Notes under the pieces: model-generated
What the model saw: the letters and a program-made list of their open reading frames with translations, nothing else
Databases searched by the model: none
Told to the model about the DNA's origin: nothing
Origin: Camelus ferus
Taxonomy: Eukaryota
Direction of reading: 5' to 3'
Assembly (NCBI RefSeq): GCF_009834535.1
Contig: NC_045697.1
Coordinates: 11,534,001-11,598,000 of the forward strand
DNA length: 64,000 nt
Made by a program: the position numbers and the translations under genes
Shown: piece after piece, positions 1 through 12,959 of the stretch
How positions within the stretch are numbered: the stretch's first letter is position 1
Layout of the letters: each line of letters opens with the position of its first letter

Positions 1-254
1 TAGGTTTACAAACTCATGCCCAGAAGTCTAGCTTAGCATCATAACACCTCAGTGGCTACCAAGGGGTCAGGTGTGTGGGTCCAGACAGCACACCTCAAAA
101 CGTTCCATCCATACCTCAATGAAGTTACCACATTTTGGGGATTAATTTGCATGTCAAGGGTTTTGTTGAATTTTCATGTATATATTTCCCAAAGTATTAA
201 AAAGTGCTAAAAAGAAAAATAGTTTGGAATCCTCTGTTGCAGGGGAGGAAAGTA

Positions 255-372
255 AGACTGTATGGCCAGGAAGACCTGGGTTTAAATCCGAGCTCTTTTG
301 TTTACTGGCTGTGTGAGCGTGAACAATTCATATCAATCCTGAGCTTCAGTTCCTCGTCCATAGAGCGGGGTC
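255..372 (+). mobile_element. MIR SINE, interrupted by an LTR and resuming at ~810-860
   Basis: MIR core CCTGGGTTTAAATCC...CTGTGTGA...CAGTTCCTC. Confidence 0.7.
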
Positions 373-373
373 T

Positions 374-809
374 TGTCAGAGGTCCCCAAGGCCACCCTCA
401 GGTCTGGTGATTCACTAGGAATCACAGAGCTCAGAAAAGTTGGTATACTCATGGTTATGGTCTAGTACAGTGAAAGGATACAGATTAAAATCCCCAAAGG
501 AAAAAGGTGCTTAGGACAGAGTCCAGGAGAGACAAATGCTAGGTTCCAGGTGCCTTCCCCCAGTGGATTCATACAAGTATCAACTTACATCTCATGTCAT
601 ATGTGTTCACCATAAATCCCATGTTAATATAAGCTATCTGCACTATGTAGTATGGGCCATGGCCCAGATATACAATTATACTCTTTCTAGACAGGATATT
701 CCCAGGATTCAGAGATGATCTTCCAGAAGCAGGTCAAGGGCCAGTCCCTTCTTTGAAATGTGCAGGATTTGAGCACCCTGAGTCTGCTGAATTAACTCTT
801 TATCACTCA
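374..809 (-). mobile_element. ERVL LTR, MER77/MER21/MER68-like
   Basis: TG...CA ends. The reverse strand begins ...GAGTTAATTCAGCAGACTCAGGGTGCTCAAATCCTGCACATTTCAAAGAAGGGACTGGCCCTTGAC, as in this family. Confidence 0.75.
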
Positions 810-1559
810 GGGGGATAGTAACCTTTACCTTGCAATAGACAGGTTCTTATATTGTAACACGTAACAAGCAGTGATGGTAAGAAAGCTTTCATTATTCCCT
901 GAATAAAAAATACCTTTTGTCTAAGCTTTTCTATGATTCCACCGCTTCAACCATTCTCCCTTCCTTAGGCAAATCCCATCCTTTCCCATTGATAAATCAT
1001 TTTTTTAAAGTCCATCCACCAGGAAGGCTTCCCTACAGACCAAACCCACAGCAATCCATCTTGCTCCTTCCGGCTGGCATTTGGATTCATATCTCATGGC
1101 TACTTTTTTTCTAAAGGAATATGGTATTATTTTTGTAAAAATAATGTATGCTTATTATGAATTCAAGCAATATAGAAAAGCACACATACACACATACAAA
1201 TTAAAATATCACCTCAAATTATTCCACTCAAAACTAATTTTTAGGTGAATACTGTTCTGCATGTTCGTCTATATGTAAATATACATAGATGACAGATTGA
1301 TAGATGTTTTTCTAAAAATAGAGTCATGCTATAAAGCACTAGTCTTCATCAAAAGCGCTTAATTTTTTTTGAATTTACCAAAACAAAGAAATTAAAACAA
1401 AATAGAAGGAATTGCTAATCTTGAAATGAATCTTTACCTTAATAGCTATTTTAAAATACTCGGTTGTTGAGAAATAAAATGATGATGATCACAATTAGAG
1501 GCATTCGGTGATTTTTCAAACTACAAGTTTCAATTTTAGGCAGCACTGATTGACTCCCA

Positions 1560-2240
1560 GAAATGATGAAGCCATTAGCACTCACACACTTCCTCCCACC
1601 ATCCCTCCCACCACCTCCTGATTTTTGTTAGTTTCAGCATCATTTTTACAGTGTCAAGGTGTGTAGCATTTGCACTCTGCTTTGTAAAAGTAATTCGCAC
1701 CATTATTTAGTATCAGGTCTCTATATAAGTTGATTCAATGCTCACTTTTACCACATCCATTCCTGAGTTCCATGCTTTGATTCATCTCTTAAGTGACCTG
1801 ATTTCATTTTTAAGTAATTTTTTTTTCCAATAAGAGCTCAGGGGTTGAGTTATGTGAGTTAGTTAAGAATATCTGCCTGTTGCCCTTGTTATTGAATAAC
1901 ATCTTGGTTATGTTTGATATTCTTGAATCACACTTTCTTCCAGAAAATGTAGACGCTGGTCTATTACCTTTGACTACTGAATAATGGCTGTGGTCAGCCT
2001 CTGTCTCCTTCCTCTGTGACTTACTTATTCTTCCTGGATGCCTGAAAAGCTCACTCTTTATCCTTGAACTTCAGCACCTAAACCAGGATATGTGTCTGCA
2101 CTGCATGCTCCTTCTGCTTAGTGCCCTGTATCGAATTTCCTTGAAGCAGAGCAATTCTCGTCATCTGCAGAGTCATGGATTCTTTTTTTCATTATATACT
2201 TGAATAATTTTTCTGTTCTGTTTGGTGTGTGATCCACCTC
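1560..2240 (-). mobile_element. HAL1 / old L1 ORF1-region fragment, resuming at ~3190-4200 after an L2
   Basis: T-rich degenerate antisense L1/HAL1 ORF1-like sequence. Confidence 0.55.
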
Positions 2241-3176
2241 AAGGACTTCAACTACATACAGACGACCCACACATTTATATCTTTAAAGCCAGACCTCTCC
2301 TTGGAATTCCAGAATTAGAATCCAGCCACCTCCTCATATCTGCACTTGATTTAAGAGACAGGCAACACATCCAAAAACAAACTCTGGTTCCTGCAGCAAA
2401 TCTACTCCTACCACAGTCTCCTCAATCTTGGAAATGGAAACTTGACTCTTCCAAGTGTTCAGACCAAAAGTCTTGAGTTCTCCTTGGCTCCTCCCTTGCG
2501 TCTCTTCCCCATATCTGATCATTCTGCAAATCCTATTGTCTCCTCCTTCAGTATATCCAGAATCTGACCACTGCTTACCAAGCATCCCTCTTACCCCGGT
2601 CTAACCCACCATCACCTCTTGCTGCAGATACCACAGTAGCCACTGAACTGGTCTCCCTACTTCTACCCTCACTCCACAATGGTCTATTCTCAACAAATCA
2701 GCCAAAGTCATACTGCTTTCCTCTGCTCAAATCAGCCTATGGAGTATGTATGCCAATACCCACGATGGCTTACAAGGTGATGCAGATCTGGCTTCGGCCT
2801 CATCTCCTAGCATCCTCCCCGTTGGTGACCCCATTCCAATTATATCTGCCACTTTCTGCTTCCAAAACAAATTGGGCACATCCTCACCCCACGGTCTTTA
2901 TACTCGCATTCCCTCTCCCTGGAACACTGGGTTGGCTCCTCCCCTTTAGCTGAGTCTTCCCTCCAGGGTTACCTGACCCTAGAGGCCGTCTCTGATCATC
3001 TGTATAAAATAACACCACCTCCACCATCATGCTCACCATCCCTTTTTCCTTGCCTTATGTTTCTCTTTAGCACGGTCACCATCTGACATGCTGACTTGTG
3101 TATTTGTTTACTGGCTGTAAACACATCAAAGACAGAGGCTGTCCACACAGATGGGCTCCATATTTGTTAAATGAAT
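2240..3176 (+). mobile_element. L2 LINE 3' portion
   Basis: L2 motifs AGCCAGACCTCTCC and CTGGTCTCCCT...TCTATTCTCAACA; ends ATATTTGTTAAATGAAT. Confidence 0.85.
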
Positions 3177-3630
3177 ATAACTGAATTCTAGATTCATCTT
3201 TTTCTTCTCTCCCTATCTATTAGCCACTACCTGAGTCCTTTTCTTGCACTTTTTAATCTGCTTTTCTTGTGTGCTTTGTAAGTCTTTTCACATTTTCTCT
3301 AATTGAATTTTCAACGATGTCTGTTCCCTTCCTTGCTTCTTTAATTTTATTTTTTGATTCTGTAATGAAAGTATTTAATTTGACCATTTTTACTCCTTCA
3401 GGCCACAATGCCCCCTTTTCATCAGGTTCTATTGCTTTATTACCTCATCTTTGAACACTTGTTTGTGTGGAATTCACACTCTCATTGGGTTGCTCGATAC
3501 CTAGAAACACTGGTGGGGAACTGCTTTCTGCTCCTTGGGTTCTGTTTTCTTCTAGACTGGGTTCTCTGTGCTTTGTATGCATTCTTCTTCCTCTGTTTTT
3601 TCTGTGGTTTGTGTAGTTGACATACTCTGA

Positions 3631-3669
3631 TTTTTTTTTTAATTGAGTTATAGTCAGTTTACAATGTGC
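3631..3669 (-). mobile_element. Very short L1 3'-terminal insertion with polyA
   Basis: Reverse strand reads GCACATTGTAAACTGACTATAACTCAATT(A)10. TSD CATACTCTG at 3621-3629 and 3670-3678. Confidence 0.85.
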
Positions 3670-4222
3670 CATACTCTGTTTTTTAATCTTGCTCTTACTA
3701 TCTTTGGGCAGAACTTCTCTTTGCTCTGATATTTTACTAGTGACTTTTAACTAATTTTTCCTCAAACGTATCCTATCCTTTGAGAGTAGCTATTGAGTGT
3801 TCCTCAATAGCTGTGTGTGTTTGGTGAGTATTTTCAAGAGCCTGAGGTCTTGGATGGTGATGGGCAGGGAGAAGGGGCAGGTCTAAGGCAGGAGGGAGTT
3901 GAATCACAGCACTGTTCCAACTCCCAGCAGATGCTCTCACTTCTGAGATTGTGCTAAACATCCTCTCCACCGGTGTTTACCTACGTGGAGGGAAGGAGAG
4001 AGTAAGCTATTCCAGGGAAGGAGGGACATGCCTTTTGCTTCATTCCTCTAAGTCAGCCCTGGGGTTGTATTTCATCAGAGTACATTGCCTTCTGAGTCCT
4101 TTATTTCCCATGTCTCACCAGTCCCACCCTACAAGCTTTCCCCACTAATTTCCAGTGAGATGAGGGAAGGATAAGATTCAATTTGCTTCTCCCTAGATTT
4201 GGAGGGTCTGTGTAAGAATTCT

Positions 4223-4623
4223 TATATTAATTTGCTGGGGCCGCCATGATAAAATACCGCACACTAGATGGCTTAAACCACAGATGTTTATCTTCTCACC
4301 ATTCTGGAAGATTGAAGTTCAAGTTCAAGGTGCCAACAGTGTTGATGTCTTGTGAAGACTCTCCCTGGCTCGCAGGAGGCTGTTTCCTTGCTGTGTCCTC
4401 ACATATTTTTTGCCCTGTGCACAAGCATCCCTGGGGGTCTCTTCAATCTTCTTATAAGAACACACCAATCAGATTGAATTATGGCCTCACCCTCATAGTG
4501 TAACTTTAACTTAACCACCTCTTTGAAGATCTTATCTCCAAATAAGGTCACGTTCTGAGGTGCTGGGAGTTAGGGCTTCACGTATGAATTGGAGGAGGAG
4601 GGGATACAATTCGGCCCAGAACA
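4223..4623 (-). mobile_element. MaLR solo LTR, MLT1B-like
   Basis: MLT1 motifs GGCTTAAACCACAGA...TTCTGGA...TCTCCAAATAAGGTCACGTTCTGAGGTGCTGGGAGTTAGGGCTTCA. Confidence 0.88.
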
Positions 4624-5789
4624 GGTCCAGAGATGCACCTGACACTCTGGTTACAGCTCTCGGGGTGACACTGTGCTCCCGGCATGTGCCTGCCCTCCCG
4701 AGCTCGTGTTTCTTTCCTGGGCGCATGTCACTGGGCTGTGGTTGAATTACTCTAAATATTACTTTTGTTAGGAACCCATGGTGTCCAAAGGGAGAGTGTG
4801 CACCATGAGTTCTGATTTGAGATTTATTTTCTGCTCCAAATCTGTATTTCATACCCACCAAGAAGTGGGCACTGCACAGTGATGCTAGGGGCTGGGTCAC
4901 AGTACAGCTTGACCCTTACTGCCCACATTTCCTGCCTCACACCTTCTGTCTCCAACCTGATCATGACTTACTAGGAGGAAATTTCCACATCTCCCTCTTA
5001 TCTATTTCCATGCCTAGCCCAGTTCTTTGTCTGAAGTTGTGGGTATTCAGTAAAAATCATTTGGGAAAAGAAATGTATGTGAAAACTTTAAAAGCTGCTG
5101 TCACAATGTCATTTGTTCTTAGCCCCAAAGAAAGAAAGAAAAAACCTGCCCAACTTTTTTCGGATTTCAAAGGAGGGGTAAAGAAAAAGAGACTCACATC
5201 TGGCTAAGTTTTAACTCTGAATACTTTGCATAATCAGTTAGAAACCCTTTGTTAATGGGCCAGATGGCTGTTGAACCCCAAAAGGAAATTAAATATGTAG
5301 GCTGTGGCAGTTGAAGGAGGGAATTAGAAATTCCTTTCTAAAGAGAAAGGACTTCATCTGGAGCTGCCCTGTAGGTGTGGTTAACAGGGGCCATTGGTAT
5401 CTTAGCAACCAAGCCCCTTCCCTTTCTCACGGTCTTCAAATGTTCTGCATAGACACTGGAGGATGCACCCAGCAGCCATAATGCCTTTCAGAGGAACTGG
5501 AAAAGCCCAAACTAATGAGGATGGGAAGGGATTGCCCTCCTGGCTGGGTTTACCTGATGCCACTGATGCCCCACCAGTGGGACCAGCCCCGCTCACTCTG
5601 TCGTGAAGTCCTGGCCTGGGCAGGCTGCAGAGTCCAAGATTAAGAGCTTAGAATTACTCTGAACACATGAAGAATTTCTAAGGCAAGTCCAGGAGACCTT
5701 TATGCCCATGAGTTAGAGTGCACCTAATCACAGTTGTTCAACTTTCAGCATCTCTCTCTGGGATTACCGCAAGCAGCTCCTCATGGATT

Positions 5790-6400
5790 TCCTGCCCCTG
5801 CGTCTTTCCCTTCACCAGCCCAGTCTGCTCATGGCAGCCAGAGTAATCGTCATGAGAGGACAGTCTACCTACGTCTGTCCATGTCTGCCCATTTCTGTCC
5901 CACGAGGCCTTTTGTAATCGGCTCTTGCTTAACTCTCCAGCCTGTTCACCCTTCCCCATACACTCCTGGCTTTGGATGGACCATACCATTGCAGTTCCTT
6001 GGACACATCAGGCTGTTTCACACCTTGTCTTGTGCCTTACGGCATACTTTTCCTTCTGAAGGTTACACCTTAACCTCACTTCTGAAATTGCTCAATTCCT
6101 CTTTGTCCCTTAGGATTCAGCTCACACATCATCTTTTCTGGGAAACCGTCCAGAACCCTCTTTTTATCCCTAAGTCTGTTTTATATGTTCCCTCTCTCTG
6201 CTCCTATAGGACTCCAGGTTTACATCTGTCTTAACACTAAGGAAAATATACTCTAGTTCTTGATTTCTTGTCTCTGTCCCCAATTAGATGTGAAATTTTC
6301 AAGGACAAGGAGTCATGTTTTGCTTTTTCCCCTATTCTCCACACCCAGCGCAGGGTCTAGGAGAAAATAGATGGTAAGTAATTGTGCAGTGAATGAATGA
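5790..6400 (+). mobile_element. L2 LINE 3' fragment
   Basis: GCAGCCAGAGTAATC...TTAGATGTGAAA...AAGGACAAGGA...GAATGAATGA tail. Confidence 0.75.
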
Positions 6401-6869
6401 GCATGTAGTGAAGCAGACAGTATGACTTGGCAACCAATCCAAGTTTTCCATGTCTGTTTACAGATCCTTTCTAGACTGGAGTTCTGCTTTTATGAGATGT
6501 CAGCAGAACAGCATAGAAGAAGTGCATGTAATGGCTTAAAGCCCCAGAAAGCTGCATTCTAACTTCCCTTGGCCTGTGGTCGAGAAGAGATTCATCAGCA
6601 GGAAAATAACCAAAATTTTCTGGAATCTGAGCTTGTTCAAGAGACTTATCATCTGAAGCAATCTCTTCTCTAGTGGAAGAATGGATCCTTTATGCACAGT
6701 CCCAAAGGTGTGTTTAAATACCTTCCATATCCATGAACACAGGACCCCTTAAGGAAACCCATTCCATTATTGAGCATGCCTAATGAGAGTCTGAGCCAAA
6801 TAATTTAGATCTTTATTATAAAATCCGATCCATTCATGTACATTACTTATAGCTCCTGGCAGGTAACTC

Positions 6870-7100
6870 ACTGGCTGAAATTTGCTTCAATATGTCTTCT
6901 TCATATTGGTTTGAACTGTGTCCTTTGTAGCAGCCCAGGCAGAGAGACTTCTTTCTTCTATGTTACTCTTCATAGAGTAGAAGACCACTGTCATGTCCTT
7001 TCTTAGCCTTTTGTTCTCTAGGCTGAACTCTTTGGGTCCATTCAACAGCTGTTCATGAGATAAAGATTTTCTGGTACTTCGTCACCCTGGTTACCAGCTT
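6870..7100 (-). mobile_element. CR1/L3 LINE fragment
   Basis: CTTTTGTTCTCTAGGCTGAAC...CATTCAACAGCTGTTCAT...CACCCTGGTTACC resembles antisense L3. Confidence 0.6.
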
Positions 7101-7180
7101 TTGTTTGTATGACCATACAGAGCCTAATCTGTATGATAATATATAATCAGCAAGAATGTACCAATGTCAACTGTCAAGAC

Positions 7181-7613
7181 TATGAAGAGATCTTGTACTC
7201 TTTGTAAGTAAACAAGTTAACCCACCACAGTTTCATGGATGCTGGCAAAAGATACAAGACTCCTGGGGTGGAGGCAGGGACAGCAACAGCACTGGCCGAA
7301 GCATCAGCAGTTCTCCAAGTTCTCCAAGCCCCAGTTCCCACAGAGAGAGAGGAGCAGGGCCAGGTAGCACATGAATTCACAGTGGGTTGCATTATAGAAA
7401 AGGAACCAAAAGATTTGGAAACCCCATCTTTTCCATAATAGAGAGCGAACAAACCTGCCCAATTTTGCACCAAAGGGAGACATTATCTTTCCCTTGCCAA
7501 GGTCATTTGCTAAACAAATTTTCACAGAAAGCACAAAACAAAATACTGCCAATACTTCTATTTGGGAGATGTGCAGAAATTCAAAATCTCTGTTGAAAAC
7601 TGTCTCCCAAAAC
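7181..7613 (-). mobile_element. ERVL LTR, LTR40-like
   Basis: The reverse strand starts TTGGGAGACAGTTTTC...TTTCTGCACATCT...TGTCTCCCTTTGGTGCAAAATTGGGCAGGTTTG, matching the LTR40 5' end. Confidence 0.75.
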
Positions 7614-8170
7614 CCACTGTAGGATCAGCAATCAGGAGACGAACCAGCTGTGAGTGAACCATATAAAGAGAGACGTTGTAAAGAGCTCTGGTCTCCAGAA
7701 GCAACGATGACTGCGAGCACTGTCTTCAGGTACAGGGAGCAGAAAGACCTGTTCCTCAGGAGAGCCGCGGCCTTGAATTGTGAGAATGGCAGCCAGTGGA
7801 CGCACACCCACTCATTCATTATTTATGAGCACTTTTCCTTCTTCCATTTAAGGGTGCATTTAGTGAAACAGGGGTCAGAACCCATGCAATCCCCTTAGGA
7901 ATGGATTCTGGGTCCCGTGTGGTAGGTGACATTTTTATTTATTGCTTTAATTACACCTATTGTAAGAACCTGCAAGACCAAGCAAAGGGCATGTGTCTGT
8001 GAAAAATGGGTTTATTATGGAAATTGCTAGTGATTTTTTGTGACCATAACGGTATCGAGCCAGCTTAATCCTAAGAACAGTAATGAAATTATGACAAGAA
8101 TTTCTGCCAGAATTTTCACATCCATCCAGTCAGTTATGTGTCTCTGGACTTGAGAAGAACTTGGATTTTA

Positions 8171-8590
8171 TTCATTTATTTATTCAGCTGATATTGAACA
8201 GTAGCAGGTACTATTAGAGGTTCGGAGGATCAAGCAATGAAAAACATTAAACTCTTGCCCCATCTGCACGGAGCTTACACCCTAGTTGGGGAGACAGAAA
8301 GCCAACAGGTAAATACACAAATGAGTAATATCAGGTGGCGGCAAGTGCAACAGAGGAAATGAAGCAGGACAAGGGGATGGAGGGCCGGGGAGGAGGGGTG
8401 CCGAGGAAGGTAAGGCCTCTCTGAGAGGTGATCTGAATAAATGGGGAGTGCTAGCCCCGCCAGGACCTGAGGGATGAATATTCCAGCAAGAATGAATAGC
8501 AAGTACAACCTGCTTGGCTTATTTGAGAAGAACTGAGATTAGAGGGGCTGGAGCAGAAGGAGCAGGCTAGACGGTGGTGGGAGGTGAGGC
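8171..8590 (-). mobile_element. L2 LINE 3' fragment
   Basis: TTCATTTATTTATTCAGC...GGAGCTTACACCCTAGTTGGGGAGACAGA. Confidence 0.8.
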
Positions 8591-8754
8591 TTTGCCCTTC
8601 TCTGGAGCGCCATGCTTTAGATCACGTGGGAAATCTGAGCTTCTCTCTTTCATGGGAGAGAAAAGACTTTACTCCTTTGTCATGACAGTCATCCTTACAA
8701 ACAAACTTAAAACATGAAAACTACCACACTACAGCTGAAGATAGCTTCTTAAAA

Positions 8755-9270
8755 CTTTATATCATTCCCCTGCTTAAAACTTTTCATTGATTACCCATTC
8801 ATTATCACTTAAAAGCAAACAGGTTGGTATCTCATCCAAATCTCACCAGTTCTCCAGCCTCACCTTTCCTGTGGCATCACCCTGATACCAGAGGATCCAG
8901 CTTTAAAGAAGCCCCTGCAGGCTCTCCAAAGAGTCCCTGTGTGGGACTGTCCTCCTGGTGACACCTCTTCCTGGAGCATCTTTGCTTTCTTTTCTCCCCG
9001 TTATCTCACATGCATCCTTCAGGACTGAGCTGGGCCATCACCGCTCAGGGAAACTCTACCTAAGTCCCTAATCTGGGTAGGAATCTCTTCTGCCTTCAGT
9101 TCCCTCTTACTTCTTTCTCAGTTGTAATACTTCTGATTATACATTAGCGATACACTGACTACTTTCTGTGTACCACATTAGATGTTGAGCTTCTTGAGGG
9201 GAGGGAATTCTGTTCTTCGTGGTAGGTGCCTGATAATATTCTTGGCAGAAAAGATAAACGATGACTGCAT
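8755..9270 (+). mobile_element. L2 LINE 3' fragment
   Basis: CCCCTGCTTAAAAC...TAGATGTTGAGCTTCTTGAGGG. Confidence 0.7.
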
Positions 9271-9687
9271 GAATATATTACATTTGGAGACTTTCTCCAT
9301 TAACAGGAAGGATTTGAATACATTCTTCTGGACCACTAGGCATCTGCTCTTATCACATGGAATACATTTACTTTTGGGCTGCTCAGAATATAATTCAATA
9401 AATTTGTTTTAAATCTATAATGCATTAATCAGCCACATTTCAAAAAGTTCACACTGCTACTATCCTGTCATAATCTAAGTATCGTTGGATATAATCTTCT
9501 TGGCTCTCTTTTTCTCCTAAGAATTAAACCTATTATTTGTTATTCCAGGAATGATTGTGTATTTCATGGAGTGAGAAACCCACTTAAGAGGGGTGAGCAG
9601 ACCCTGAGATCCCTAGAGAAATATAACCCTTCCTTAGAAAGAATTGTTCTTGGGACTACTTTACAGAGAACTTAAATCTTTGATGTC

Positions 9688-10025
9688 TATGATCTCACTT
9701 ATATGTGGAATATTTATTTTTTTAAAGCTGAACTCATAGTAACAGAAAGTAGAATGTTGGTTATGAGAAGTTGGAGCAAGAGAGAAAGGGGAAATTTTTT
9801 TAAAAAAAGTATAATATTGGTCGCAGGGAGTAGGGGTGGGGGTCATGGGAATTCATCGTTTAATAGGTACAGAGTTTCAGTTTTGTAAGAGGAAAAGAGT
9901 TCTGCAGAGGGATGTGGTAATGGTTGTGCAATAATATAAATGTACTTAATACCACTGAACTGTACACCTAAAATGGTTAGGATAGTGCATTTTATATTAT
10001 GTCTGTTTTATTGCAATAAAAAAAT
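9688..10025 (+). mobile_element. L1MA/L1MB 3' end
   Basis: TATGATCTCACTTATATGTGGAAT...TTTAATAGGTACAGAGTTTCAGTTT...ACCACTGAACTGTACAC...AATAAAAAAA. Confidence 0.88.
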
Positions 10026-10129
10026 TTTGAGGGAAAATGTGAAATTCAAAGTCCTTAGCCAGTAGAGCTTAGAGGAGAATGTGTTAAATGGTTAACTGAA
10101 TGCCCCGAGTCACTGCTGCTCAAACAATG

Positions 10130-10590
10130 TGTAACGCTTGCTTCCATTTTGGTCATTCCTGAAGAAGACCCTGAGACAAGGATTTGAGGGAGACAATTCA
10201 TTTGGGATGTGCTGAGAATCCCAGTAGGGGGCCAAGGGAAATAACACAGGGAAAAGAAGCTGGTCAGCAAAGTGTGTACAATTAAGCCAGCTACCCTGGT
10301 GGGTGACTGGAGCTTCATCCCAGAGGAAACGCTGGGAAATGATGCAAAACATGCTCCTCACAAGTATCCAGCTCAAGACGTGAGGGAGCTGGGGTATTTA
10401 TACAGCCACACCCCAGAGTCACTGACTGCGGATAACTTGGGGGTTGTTAATTTCTGGACATTTCATGCTTGCCTGTCTCTCTGAATGGTGCACGTAGAGT
10501 AAGAAAGGCAAAGGTCAGGTATAAAGATGAGATACGGGGCAGCAAGTAGAGGGAAAGGGACGCAGGTGGAGCATGGTCCACATTTACAAC
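10130..10590 (-). mobile_element. ERVL LTR, LTR33-like
   Basis: AGACCCTGAGACAAGGATTTGAG...GAGGGAGCTGGGGTATTTATA. Confidence 0.78.
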
Positions 10591-11649
10591 AGTATTATGG
10601 TCAGCAAGGGTCTTTCCTGGCTCTGAACAATACAGGAGTCCATTCTAAGCTCACATTTCGAAAAGGTCTCCTACCCAACCAATGAGAATAAACACATAAA
10701 CACCCACGTGCCGCAGCCCCACATGGCAGTGAACTTGAGTAGGACCAGCATTCAGTTTACGGAGAGGGCTGCTGCAACACCAAGCAGGCAAGCAAAGGCT
10801 TTCCTCAGAGGCAGCAGAAAAGCAGGCACCCAAAATTGTACAGATGATGTCAAAGGCAAACAAAACAGAATTAAAATAAAGTGATAAAAACTTTGCTTAA
10901 AGTGAACAGTGATTAAACCCAGAAGTAATGGCTGAGAATAAAATCAGCAGGACAAGATGGTATAGGGCACATACCTGGGGGTCAACCAGATGAGAGGGAG
11001 AAGCAGAGAAAGGAATCTATGGCAGGCCTGTATAAGAGATGCTTTCTTGGTCCAACTGGATCAGAGTTTCTTGTAGTGTCTTACAAAGGAGGATCTGCTT
11101 ATTGATATTAGAACATCGTTGTACTCATGGCTGTTGTAAGCATTTCTGTCTAATCATCTGTATTTGGTTCCCTTTTCATAATAAAGGATTAGTCCTGCTC
11201 AACTAATCCTTTTATCATCCTTATAAAATCCTGGAAAAAAGAACCTATCCAGGTATTGCTGTGTTCAGATACCAAGCCTGCGAGGACCCTACGTGATTCC
11301 TGCTAGGTCAAGAGTCTAACACCCGGAAGGGGTAAGCCACTGAAGCACCCACCCTTCCCCCACAGGTGGGTTTCTGCTGGGGATGTGGGCTGCACATCAC
11401 AGAATGTCTCCTGAACAGCAGGAATTTTAATTAAATCAGGAGAAATCTAATTTGGCCTAAATTGGCTTGCAACACAAGGTGTTAAGAGAAATAGAAATGG
11501 TTTTGCAATACGGATGTTTGTGGAAGGGACAGGATCAATCCATTGCCACTGTAATGAAAAGTGATATTGAAAATGTGAAGCCTACTAAGAAGGGAGAAAT
11601 CCTGAAAATGCTGATCTGTGATATTCAGATTACAGGAAAGAAATACATT

Positions 11650-12610
11650 GTAAGCATTCCCTCCTAAAACTGATAGCACCAAAAGGTACAAGAGATATTG
11701 GAGGTTGATTCCTGATAACCTTGGGAGGAAATAATGGAGGAAAAAGAGGAGGGAACCATGAGTGTAAGTCACTCTTACTTGTTTAGACTGGAAGAGGCGG
11801 GGGACAGTATACTAATTTGGGCAGAGAGAATAATCAATATCATCTTCCTTCATTCTTCCGAGCAAATAGGATTTACTGGACTGAGAAGAGGACCTTTGAG
11901 CAGGAATGAAAGGATTACCAAGGGGAACTACAAAGGTCCAGCAAAAGGATAAGAGGGAGACAAGTTTGAGGATATGACAATAGAGTTGCAGGTGTGAACC
12001 ATGGGGTATAGACTGAGCAGGAAAGAAAGGGAAGCATTGGAAAGATGGGCCATGTGACAAAGGGAGGTTTGGGAATATCGTGGTGTTGATGTGGTGAAGA
12101 ATGAGAAGCATTGGAAAGAAGGGAGGAAACTGAAAGGAAGGCAATTTTAGGTCATTTTCGGATACAGAAGTTTACATGCTCATCCATGTCAGACTCCTGG
12201 CAATAAAGCAAGTGTCATGGGGAGTCGTGGAGAAAAAGGAGCTTTGAAGTCTGGCTGTCAAGTGGCTCGTCTACGTCGATGTTGCCCACGACAATTGGAG
12301 GAATTGGGAGGGAGAGGAAAATAGCTCTGCAATTGCCAAAGTCCCAGGGGAGAAGGGAAGAAGTCAAGAGGTAAGCAAATAAAGGCAGTGGGAAGTGGTA
12401 AGGAGTGGGGTGGGTGAATGTCATTTAGCTTCAGAGGAAGAGGGCTTTCGTTTCCACGCGGATCAGAGTCATGGTCTGCAAGCAGCTAAGGAGAACTTCC
12501 TCCGAGCCTGTGTCCCCCTGAGGCATGAAGTGTGGGAGAAAACTCCACCTCCAGTCAAAGAAGGAGTAAGTGTCTTCTCAGGAGCAGGAATCATTCAGGT
12601 GGAGTGGTGT
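11650..12610 (-). mobile_element. L2 internal (endonuclease-region) fragment
   Basis: The minus-strand translation AIFLSLPIPPIVVGNIDVDEPLDSQTSKLL resembles the L2 endonuclease segment (IILGDFNIHVDDP). The + strand is purine-rich, as in antisense L2. Confidence 0.65.
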
Positions 12611-12629
12611 CCTCAGTTGTGCCTGGCAC

Positions 12630-12898
12630 AGCAGTCACTCCCCCAGACGTCAGACAGGCACAACCAAATAACGTGCCATCAGAGGATCCGTGAGCGGATA
12701 AATCTAAGATAATACTGCACGATTTATCTTCCTCTAGGAGAATCACATTAGAAACTAAAAGATTCAGAAAATCCTGGAGAGTAGAAACCTGTTTTACCCT
12801 GATGTTTTCCTATTTACTCGGCCACCAAATTGCGGTCCTGGGCGGATACCAAGTAACACCTCACAACACAGGTGTCCTACAGTGAGTGGGAAAAGCTG
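12630..12898 (-). mobile_element. hAT-Charlie DNA transposon, Charlie4a-like
   Basis: CTCTAGGAGAATCACATTAG...AATCCTGGAGAGTAGAAACCTGTTT...TGGGAAAAGCTG terminus. Confidence 0.6.
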
Positions 12899-12959
12899 CG
12901 TTAACGTAAGGAGGGAGAAAGAGACTTCAAAGAAAAGATCAGGAGACTGACTCTCTCGA

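Noticed and set aside
1337..1548. Possible hAT DNA-transposon fragment ending ...GGCAGCACTG
   Set aside because: I could not confirm a second terminal inverted repeat, a TSD or a family, so it is left unannotated.
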